This document shows positions 25,313 to 32,000 of a stretch of DNA of 32,000 nt, one piece after another; position 1 is the first letter of the stretch, and each line of letters opens with the position of its first letter. The notes under the pieces were generated by a model. That model was not told where the DNA came from. It saw only the letters and a program-made list of their open reading frames with translations, and did not search any database. The DNA is from an uncultured Erysipelotrichaceae bacterium (GTDB lineage: Bacteria > Bacillota_I > Bacilli_A > Erysipelotrichales > Erysipelotrichaceae), in the NCBI GenBank assembly GCA_942493105.1, contig OW818668.1:1170001-1202000 (forward strand), in the 5' to 3' direction. A program made the translations under genes and the position numbers.

Positions 25313-26245
25313 ATGGAACAAATCATTGGTTTAATTTTAACGATTTTCTTTGTCCTCATATTTATCGCACTGTTGAGTATGACCATCAAGATCATACCTC
25401 AATCCCATGCTTATGTCGTTGAAAGATTGGGTGCTTATTCGCATACCTTGCCTAAAGGCTTGCATATGTTGTTTCCGATCGTTGATCGGATTGCACTGGA
25501 TGTACCCTTAAAAGAGCAAGTCTATGACTTCCCACCACAACCGGTCATCACGAAAGATAACGTTACGATGATGATCGATACGATCGTCTTCTTTCAGATC
25601 TTAGATCCAAAGCTGTTTGCGTATGGTGTTCAAAACCCCATCAAGGCCATTGAAGCTTTAACCGCAACGACGTTAAGAAATATCATTGGGGATCTTGAAT
25701 TGGATGATACTTTGACTTCAAGAGAAGTGATTAATACCAGAATGCGTATTATCTTGGATGAAGCCACTGATCCTTGGGGCATCAAAGTTAATCGTGTAGA
25801 AGTTAAAAATATCTTGCCTCCAAAAGACATTCAAGAAGCCATGGAAAAACAAATGCGTGCAGAACGTGAAAGACGTTCTTCAATTCTGTTGGCTGAAGGT
25901 GAAAAACGTTCAGCGATCTTAATGGCTGAAGGTGAAAAGGAATCTGTCGTATTAAGATCTGAAGCTAAGAAACAAGCTTTGATCGCAGAAGCTGAAGGGC
26001 AAGCACAAGCCATGGAGCGTGTATATGAAGCTCAGGCACGTGGGATTGAATTGATCAAGAAAGCCAATCCTGGTCAAGCGTATCTAACTCTAAAAGGTTT
26101 TGAAGCTTTAGAGAAGGTCGCTAATGGTCAAGCTACAAAGATCATCATTCCTTCAGAATTACAGAATTTAGCGTCTGTCATCGGGGCTGCACAAGCCATA
26201 TTGGATGATAAGAAACCTGCAGTCAAAGAAAAAGAAGTCAAATAA
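25313..26245 (+). CDS. SPFH/band-7 (stomatin/prohibitin-like) protein
   Basis: 310 aa. N-terminal TM, SPFH core (IIPQSHAYVVERLGAY...), and a C-terminal coiled-coil with repeated AEGEK motifs. Confidence 0.9.
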   Translation: MEQIIGLILTIFFVLIFIALLSMTIKIIPQSHAYVVERLGAYSHTLPKGLHMLFPIVDRIALDVPLKEQVYDFPPQPVITKDNVTMMIDTIVFFQILDPKLFAYGVQNPIKAIEALTATTLRNIIGDLELDDTLTSREVINTRMRIILDEATDPWGIKVNRVEVKNILPPKDIQEAMEKQMRAERERRSSILLAEGEKRSAILMAEGEKESVVLRSEAKKQALIAEAEGQAQAMERVYEAQARGIELIKKANPGQAYLTLKGFEALEKVANGQATKIIIPSELQNLASVIGAAQAILDDKKPAVKEKEVK

Positions 26246-26257
26246 GATCTCACTTAT

Positions 26258-26296
26258 GAACTAACATTGATTTCTATCAAAGTTAGTTCTTTTTTT
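26258..26296 (+). terminator. Rho-independent terminator after the SPFH gene
   Basis: GAACTAAC...GTTAGTTC 8-bp stem followed by TTTTTTT. Confidence 0.7.
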
Positions 26297-26401
26297 ATGC
26301 TCAAAAGATTTAAACATCGCAATCTATCATTTTTTTATCGGATAAAATTGGATTCATCATCATTTTGTCTTATACTAAATTGTGGAATAAAAGGAGTTAA
26401 C

Positions 26402-27316
26402 ATGATCCTAGAAATAAAGCATATCAATAAAAGCTTCTCTGGTAAGCAGGTTTTGCATGACATTTCATTTACAGTCACTTCTGGGAAAGCCATGGGCTTT
26501 TTAGGTCGCAATGGGGCCGGAAAGACCACGACCATCCGAGCTTTGATGGATGTCTTTGAACCTGATAGCGGAGAATTCCTGTTGGATGGAGTTCCATTTG
26601 ATCCAAGTACCAGCAGGGTAGGTTACTTGCCTGAAGAACGAGGACTTTATGGAAAAGAAAAGATTTTATCCCAATTGATCTATTTTGCGACCTTAAGAGG
26701 TGCAACTCAGACTCAAGCCAAGGCCAGTGCAGAAAGCTTACTTGAACGTTTTGGGCTTAGCAGCGTCAAGAATCAGAAACTTGAAACCTTATCTAAAGGC
26801 AATCAACAGAAAGTGCAAATCGCACAGGCACTCTTGAATGATCCCGACATCATCATACTTGATGAACCCTTTAGCGGTTTGGATCCAGTGAATTCGATCG
26901 TGTTGGAGGAAGTCATCAAGGAATCCATCGAGAAAGGCAAATTGGTCATCTTCTCCAGTCATCAAATGGGTTACGTTGAGGCATTCTGCGATGAGATCAC
27001 TTTGATCGATCAAGGACGGTTTATTATGAGTGGCAGTTTAAAGGAAATCAAAAGTAAGTTGGGAAACTCAAGACTTAAAGTAAGCTCACTCAACGAAGAT
27101 CCATCACTTCTCTATAAAGAACTTAAGGATAAGATTAACGACATCTTAATTGAGCCACAAGAACATGTGTTGATTATAGAATTACTGAATCATAAAACAA
27201 AGCATGATTTTGTTTTGGAATGTTTACAGAAAGGGATAGAACTGGATAGTTATGGACCATATGAACCAAGCCTTCAGGAGATCTTCATTAAGATGGTAGG
27301 ACAAGACAATGCATAA
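26402..27316 (+). CDS. ABC transporter ATP-binding protein (NatA-like, with C-terminal extension)
   Basis: Walker A GRNGAGKTT, signature LSKGNQQK, Walker B IIILDEP. The start is at M46 of the ORF track (ATG 26402) with AAGGAG 5 nt upstream. A promoter (TTGGAT, 17-nt spacer, TATACT) lies in the discarded extension. Confidence 0.9.
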   Translation: MILEIKHINKSFSGKQVLHDISFTVTSGKAMGFLGRNGAGKTTTIRALMDVFEPDSGEFLLDGVPFDPSTSRVGYLPEERGLYGKEKILSQLIYFATLRGATQTQAKASAESLLERFGLSSVKNQKLETLSKGNQQKVQIAQALLNDPDIIILDEPFSGLDPVNSIVLEEVIKESIEKGKLVIFSSHQMGYVEAFCDEITLIDQGRFIMSGSLKEIKSKLGNSRLKVSSLNEDPSLLYKELKDKINDILIEPQEHVLIIELLNHKTKHDFVLECLQKGIELDSYGPYEPSLQEIFIKMVGQDNA

Positions 27317-28553
27317 CACTTTTAAGGTATTCATGTTTGAGCTTAAAAGCATCTTTAATCGGAAGTCTGTCAAAGTTGTCATGTTTGTTATGGCCTTTTT
27401 GTTTTTTGCGGCAACCTTTATTCCAACAGTGATGACCTTGTTTGAAGACAAGACTCCTGATCCTTCCGAAACACCGATCGTCAATTTGGAAAAATCCGCT
27501 TTCTATCTTCAAACAACAGAGCTCACTGAAATTGAGTTGGTGTATTTTGTTGGCGATAAAGTCTCCTTTTATAACAATGAATCTGATTTAAAACAAGCAG
27601 TACAAGAGGGAAAGATCGATAGTGGTTTTGTGATCACATCACCGACCAGTTTCAAAGCCATCATCAAGAACAAGGAACTTTATAGCGCTTCCTCAAGTAT
27701 GGTGAGTTATATCTTAGAGACCATCACCATTGATCGCAATCTGGCATTGGCAGGTATCGATCCCATCAAAGTCAAAGAAGCCTCTAATTTTAAAATCAAG
27801 GTTGTCGATGAGGTTTTAGGAAAAGATGCATCACAGAGTTTTTTAATCAGTTATATTTTGTTGTTTGCGGTCTATATGTTGGTCATCATGTATGGACAAA
27901 TGGTTTCTACTTCTGTAGCTCGAGAAAAAGACAATCGTACAATGGAGATCCTGATTACTTCCACCAAACCCGATGCTTTGATCGTTGGTAAAGTATTGGC
28001 CAATGGGGTTGCTGGATTACTGCAATTCTTCTTCATCTTGGGCATCGCTTTGTTAGGTTATTTCATCAATAAACCAAATTACCCGGATATTGTCAATGAG
28101 ATGCTGTTTGGATCTTTATCTTGGGATGCCGTTGTGGTCTTTCTGGTGTTTACAGCTTTAGGGTATCTGATGTATTTGTTTGTGTATGCTTCTTTGGGTT
28201 CACTGGTTTCAAAACTGGAAGATGTCGGAAGTTCGGTATCAATCGTTACGATCCTGTTCATGGTTGCTTACCTTATGGGTTCACTGGGTTTAAACATGCC
28301 CAATAGTTTCATACTTAAAGTTGCTTCTTATTTCCCGTTTACTGCCATTCTCAGTATGCCCATTCGATACTTTTTAACAGAAGTTGCGTTGATTGAGTTA
28401 AGCATCTCATTGATTCTGATGGCTGTGACCACTTGGTTTTTAGCACTCTTCTCGATTCGTATCTATCGTCTTGGATCATTGTCTTATGGTAATAAAATGG
28501 GCTTACTCAAAGCCATAAAAGCCATCGTTCAGAATTCGCAAAATAGAAATTAG
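27309..28553 (+). CDS. ABC-2 type permease (NatB-like) with a large extracytoplasmic loop
   Basis: 414 aa. An N-terminal TM, a soluble loop of about 150 aa, then five or so TM segments. It overlaps the ATPase gene by 8 nt. Confidence 0.8.
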   Translation: MHNTFKVFMFELKSIFNRKSVKVVMFVMAFLFFAATFIPTVMTLFEDKTPDPSETPIVNLEKSAFYLQTTELTEIELVYFVGDKVSFYNNESDLKQAVQEGKIDSGFVITSPTSFKAIIKNKELYSASSSMVSYILETITIDRNLALAGIDPIKVKEASNFKIKVVDEVLGKDASQSFLISYILLFAVYMLVIMYGQMVSTSVAREKDNRTMEILITSTKPDALIVGKVLANGVAGLLQFFFILGIALLGYFINKPNYPDIVNEMLFGSLSWDAVVVFLVFTALGYLMYLFVYASLGSLVSKLEDVGSSVSIVTILFMVAYLMGSLGLNMPNSFILKVASYFPFTAILSMPIRYFLTEVALIELSISLILMAVTTWFLALFSIRIYRLGSLSYGNKMGLLKAIKAIVQNSQNRN

Positions 28554-28616
28554 TGACATGAGAAGTATACTTTTTAATTGAAATTTCAGCCGATCAATTC
28601 ATTTTAATAAACAACG

Positions 28617-29165
28617 ATGTATAATGAATTGGTGAAAAATACGATCGTAAAACCTCATTTACACATACGCAAAGCAAAATTTTCAGACGCTCAAACCATT
28701 CTGGATTATCTTTTGGTTATCGGATCAGAAAGCGATAATTTGACTTTTGGATCAGAAGGTTTAGGCATTACACTTGAAGATGAAACCAAGATGATCGAAA
28801 CCATTTCCATGAGCGATAACTCAGTGATGCTTTTAGGATTGATCGATGATCAACTTGTTTCCGTTGCGAATTTAAGCGGAAGAAGCCGAGAACGCTTGAA
28901 ACATTATGCTACTTTGGGAATATCTGTTCGTCAAGCTTATTGGCATCAAGGCATAGGCAAAGCCATGATGAAGAAACTGATAGATTTTGCCCAGAAGAAT
29001 GATTTTCTAGAACTGATCGAACTGGAAGTTAGAAGTGATAATCATCACGCGATCCATCTTTATGAATCCTTTGGATTCAAGCAAGTTGGAATTATGCCAA
29101 AATTGATGAAAATCAACGGATCGTACTATGACACATTGGTCATGGTCAAGGAGTGTAAAAAATGA
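28617..29165 (+). CDS. GNAT-family N-acetyltransferase
   Basis: 182 aa. Acetyl-CoA-binding motif VRQAYWHQGIGKAMMKKLIDFA. The stop overlaps the next ATG as ATGA. Confidence 0.8.
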   Translation: MYNELVKNTIVKPHLHIRKAKFSDAQTILDYLLVIGSESDNLTFGSEGLGITLEDETKMIETISMSDNSVMLLGLIDDQLVSVANLSGRSRERLKHYATLGISVRQAYWHQGIGKAMMKKLIDFAQKNDFLELIELEVRSDNHHAIHLYESFGFKQVGIMPKLMKINGSYYDTLVMVKECKK

Positions 29166-30178
29166 TAGAAGCAAAACACATCAGTAAATCGTTTGTTAAA
29201 TATGAAAAAGAAAAAGGACTTTGGGGCATGATCAAAGGTTTTGTGAATGCAAAAAAAGTCATAAAGATGGCTGTTGATGATGTTTCATTTAAGATTGAAG
29301 AAGGAGAAGTCATTGGTTATATTGGAGCTAACGGAGCTGGTAAAAGCACCACGATCAAAATGTTGACCGGAATTTTAACTCCAACTTCTGGTGAAATCTT
29401 GGTGGATGGGATTGTTCCGTATGTTGATCGTGTCCGCAATGCACGAAACATTGGCGTCGTTTTTGGACAGCGTACACAGTTGTGGTGGGATTTACCTTTG
29501 GTTGAATCCTTTTCGATCCTAAAGGAAATCTATCAGGTCTCAGATGAGGATTATAAAGCTCGTATGGAAATGTTTGAAGATGTTTTACAGTTAAGTGAAT
29601 TCATCAAGTCACCTGTTAGAACCTTATCTTTAGGTCAACGTATGCGGGCTGATATTGCGGCCAGTTTGTTGCACAATCCAAAAGTATTGTATCTGGATGA
29701 ACCTACCATTGGATTGGATGTCAATGCGAAGAAAAAAATGCGTGAAGCCATCAAAACCATGAATAAGACTTTTAAAACGACTGTTATTTTGACGACTCAT
29801 GATTTGGATGACATCGAAGAATTGTGTCAACGGATCTTGATCATTGATAATGGAAAGATCATCTATGATGGGGCATTAAGTGACATTAAAGCACGTTATG
29901 GTTCAGATACCAAAGTTTCTTTTATCTTAAAAGAAGCATGGACAGATTTTGTCGACTTGGCGAAACTATTGGAAGTAGATCCAAAAGAAATCACAGTCAA
30001 TGTGGCTGAAGATAAACTAGAAATCGGTTTTGATAAGCGCGTTTTAAGTGTTGCGCATGTAACGCAAGCCATCTTGAAAAAATATGAAGTTTCAGATCTG
30101 AAAATCATAGAGACGGATATTGAAAGCATTGTATCTCGAATTTATTTGGAAGGTAAGGTCAATGTTTCAAACGATTAG
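29162..30178 (+). CDS. ABC transporter ATP-binding protein (uncharacterised ABC-2 exporter type)
   Basis: 338 aa. Walker A GANGAGKST, signature LSLGQRMR, Walker B VLYLDEPT, and a C-terminal extra domain. Confidence 0.9.
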   Translation: MIEAKHISKSFVKYEKEKGLWGMIKGFVNAKKVIKMAVDDVSFKIEEGEVIGYIGANGAGKSTTIKMLTGILTPTSGEILVDGIVPYVDRVRNARNIGVVFGQRTQLWWDLPLVESFSILKEIYQVSDEDYKARMEMFEDVLQLSEFIKSPVRTLSLGQRMRADIAASLLHNPKVLYLDEPTIGLDVNAKKKMREAIKTMNKTFKTTVILTTHDLDDIEELCQRILIIDNGKIIYDGALSDIKARYGSDTKVSFILKEAWTDFVDLAKLLEVDPKEITVNVAEDKLEIGFDKRVLSVAHVTQAILKKYEVSDLKIIETDIESIVSRIYLEGKVNVSND

Positions 30179-30980
30179 ACCTTATTGGGCTTATGCGAAA
30201 GCATCCTTTACAGTAGGCTTTGCATATCGTCTGCACATTTTGTTTTGGGTTTTGAGCGACTTGGTTCAAGTTGGGGTTTTATTGTTGATATGGATCGCAA
30301 TCTATGGCAACAGTGATAGTGCATCGATGCAAGGATATACCTTATCGCAAATGATGATGTACAACTTGGTTATTTATATGACGGCTTCTTTTACCTACAT
30401 GAAACCTTTGTTTGATTTGGCAGATGATCATTATGATGGAAAAGTTGCGATGAGTCTGATCAAACCAACCAAATATATCTATGAAGTTTTCTTTCGTAAC
30501 TTAGGTAGTAACTTTGTAGGAAACATCATTATATCTTTACCCTTGATCATCATTTTGACTTTATTGAGTGTGAGTACGCAACATGGGGTCAGCTTTACCT
30601 TAGGATCAAGCATACTCTATGTCATCAGTATCTTAATGGCCTTATTGATCAGTTTCTTTTCGAACTTTATCTTTGCGACCATGGTGTTTGTGACCGATGC
30701 GACGTTTGGGATGATGCAACTCAATGAAGCCATCGTTCGTATCTTTTCTGGATCATTGATTCCATTAAGTTTCTTTCCGGGTTGGCTTAAGACCATTGCT
30801 TATATTTTGCCTTATGCAAGTGTATATACAGTACCGACTTTGATCTTGATGAATCGCTACACTCCAAGTGAACTATGGATCAGTTTATTGACTCAATTGG
30901 CTTGGGCAGTTGGATTGATCATCTCTTGTAATATACTTTGGGCTTTCATCATCAAAAAAATGAAAGTTCATGGGGGATGA
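30162..30980 (+). CDS. ABC-2 family permease (DUF990/ABC2_membrane_6-like)
   Basis: About 272 aa, 6 TM. The start is set at the ATG at 30162 (MFQTIRPYW...), overlapping the end of the ATPase gene. Confidence 0.75.
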   Translation: MFQTIRPYWAYAKASFTVGFAYRLHILFWVLSDLVQVGVLLLIWIAIYGNSDSASMQGYTLSQMMMYNLVIYMTASFTYMKPLFDLADDHYDGKVAMSLIKPTKYIYEVFFRNLGSNFVGNIIISLPLIIILTLLSVSTQHGVSFTLGSSILYVISILMALLISFFSNFIFATMVFVTDATFGMMQLNEAIVRIFSGSLIPLSFFPGWLKTIAYILPYASVYTVPTLILMNRYTPSELWISLLTQLAWAVGLIISCNILWAFIIKKMKVHGG

Positions 30981-30981
30981 T

Positions 30982-31770
30982 ATGAAACGTTATTTTGATA
31001 TTTATCTTAAGTTTACAGCCCAGCATTTAAAACGGATGCTTCAATATCGATCAGATTTTTTGATTGGAGCAGGTTCATTTTTGTTTATGCAAGGATCAGG
31101 TCTCTTGTTTATGGTCCTTGTCTTTCAACAAATTCCTGATCTTAATGGTTGGACCTTAACTGAAATGATGTTTTTATATGGTTATTTTCAATTGCCAAGA
31201 GGACTTGATCATTTACTGACGGACAATATCTGGCTCATTCCACAAAAAGTTAGACGAGGAGAAATCGATCGTTATTTGCTTAGACCAATCAATCCTTTGT
31301 TTCAGCTGATCATCGAACGCTTTCAAATTGAGGCATTTGGAGAATTGATCGTAGGGATCGCATTGATGGTGATCACGATTCCTAAACTTGCGATTGAAGT
31401 TAATCTGATGAGTATCTCACTGGGTGTTTTATTTATTATCCTTGGTGCTTTGATTTATACTTCGATCAAACTGATTACAGCTTCAATTGGTTTTTGGGTC
31501 ATCAACTCTATGCCGATCATGACGACCATTTATAACATCGCAGATTTCTCAAAATATCCCACCACGATTTTCCCTAAAGTCATTCAATGGACGGTGACCT
31601 ATTTGATTCCGTTTGCGTTTGTATCTTTCTTACCCGCAACTGTTCTTCTTAATCGAACTGATAGTCCAAACATTCTGTTAGGATCCATCTTGGCAGTAAG
31701 CATCTTAACATTTAGTGCTTATCAACTTTGGGTCTTAGGTTTGAAGAGTTATCAAAGCGTAGGCAGTTGA
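30982..31770 (+). CDS. ABC-2 family permease (second, paralogous subunit)
   Basis: About 262 aa, 6 TM. The ATG at 30982 is preceded by GGGGGA; the alternative start is 30970. Confidence 0.75.
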   Translation: MKRYFDIYLKFTAQHLKRMLQYRSDFLIGAGSFLFMQGSGLLFMVLVFQQIPDLNGWTLTEMMFLYGYFQLPRGLDHLLTDNIWLIPQKVRRGEIDRYLLRPINPLFQLIIERFQIEAFGELIVGIALMVITIPKLAIEVNLMSISLGVLFIILGALIYTSIKLITASIGFWVINSMPIMTTIYNIADFSKYPTTIFPKVIQWTVTYLIPFAFVSFLPATVLLNRTDSPNILLGSILAVSILTFSAYQLWVLGLKSYQSVGS

Positions 31771-31790
31771 TACTTAATGATTTAACTAGA

Positions 31791-31813
31791 AACCCAGATA
31801 AATCTGGGTTTTA
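31791..31813 (+). terminator. Rho-independent terminator after the ABC operon
   Basis: AACCCAG-ATAAAT-CTGGGTT followed by TTTAT. Confidence 0.6.
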
Positions 31814-31927
31814 TGCTTTTATTAAATAATGAGTTGGTGCTATACTACTTGTATAGATGTGCAGTTGATAGTTTATATTCGTGATGTGATGTGATGGTGT
31901 TTGACAAGAAACCAAGGAGGAAGAGAA

Positions 31928-32000
31928 ATGTCAAAGCTAAGCATGATTGAAGGAATTGGACCGTCTTACGAAGTAAAATTAAAAGCGGCCGGAATCGGAT
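31928..32000 (+). CDS. 5' end of a helix-hairpin-helix (DUF4332-like) protein, truncated by the window edge
   Basis: SD AAGGAGG 7 nt upstream of the ATG. MSKLSMIEGIGPSYEVKLKAAGIG matches the IEGIGP..a.kL..aGI HhH pattern. Confidence 0.55.
   Translation, partial: MSKLSMIEGIGPSYEVKLKAAGIG

Noticed and set aside
25870-25945. Direct repeat GGCTGAAGGTGAAAA occurring twice, 33 nt apart
   Set aside because: It lies in frame within the SPFH gene and encodes the repeated AEGEK coiled-coil motif common in stomatin-like proteins. It is not a CRISPR or a regulatory repeat.
26267-26401. 45-codon N-terminal extension of the ABC ATPase ORF
   Set aside because: The extension spans the SPFH terminator T-run and a promoter (TTGGAT, 17-nt spacer, TATACT). 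The conserved ABC N-terminus begins at the ATG at 26402, which has a perfect AAGGAG.
28578-28632. Possible leaderless start for the GNAT gene (TTGAAA, 19-nt spacer, TTTAAT, 8 nt, ATG), and TATAAT inside codons 2-3
   Set aside because: The spacer is too long and the -10 is weak. The internal TATAAT would require a TTG or GTG leaderless start, which is unlikely. The evidence is weaker than for pilD, chrA and EIIC, so it is not reported as a finding.
31881-31898. GTGAT GTGAT GTGAT microrepeat in the leader of the truncated last gene
   Set aside because: It has only three units, with no obvious hairpin or known motif. It is too short to call as a functional repeat.
1-32000. Search for CRISPR arrays, IS elements, integrases, phage genes or known defence-system signatures
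   Set aside because: No regularly spaced direct repeats, terminal inverted repeats, transposase or recombinase motifs, or defence-associated domains were recognised. The NfeD / SPFH pair is a common housekeeping membrane module.

Overview
This is a chromosomal segment from a low-GC, Gram-positive-type (Bacillota-like) bacterium. TGA is used as a stop codon, there are lipobox lipoproteins, and SD sites are of the GGAGG type. All calls rest on motif recognition by eye; no database search was run. I saw no CRISPR array, transposase, integrase or prophage gene.

Gene content in window order:
- Prepilin peptidase and glmS, with a clear glmS ribozyme in the leader (minus strand).
- A tRNA cluster (Pro-Arg-Leu), plus a separate tRNA-Leu further on.
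- A SIS-domain protein, an orphan PTS IIB and a DJ-1/PfpI protein.
- A membrane protein, heme catalase and a PerR-like Fur regulator in a row.
- A punA / SDR-epimerase pair.
- A cytochrome-b5-like lipoprotein and a lipoprotein serpin.
- A split chromate-transporter pair and asnA.
- An RpiR / GH1 / EIIBC / EIIA beta-glucoside locus.
- A seven-gene type-IV-filament-like operon.
- An orphan PTS IIC and an NfeD / SPFH pair.
- A NatAB-like ABC exporter.
- A GNAT translationally coupled to an ABC ATPase with two ABC-2 permeases.
- The start of an HhH / DUF4332-like gene.

The best candidate for something undescribed is the tightly coupled operon at 18807..23440 (minus strand). It encodes a membrane-anchored transglutaminase-like protein, a PilC/ComGB-type platform protein, four small bitopic proteins and a PilT-type ATPase. 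The small proteins have degenerate or absent prepilin motifs. The PilT-type enzyme is the only ATPase in the operon.

Other visible signals:
- GATC is strongly over-represented in coding sequence.
- Several genes have TATAAT 6-8 nt upstream of an SD-less ATG, suggesting leaderless mRNAs.
- A GC-only hairpin separates EIIBC from EIIA.
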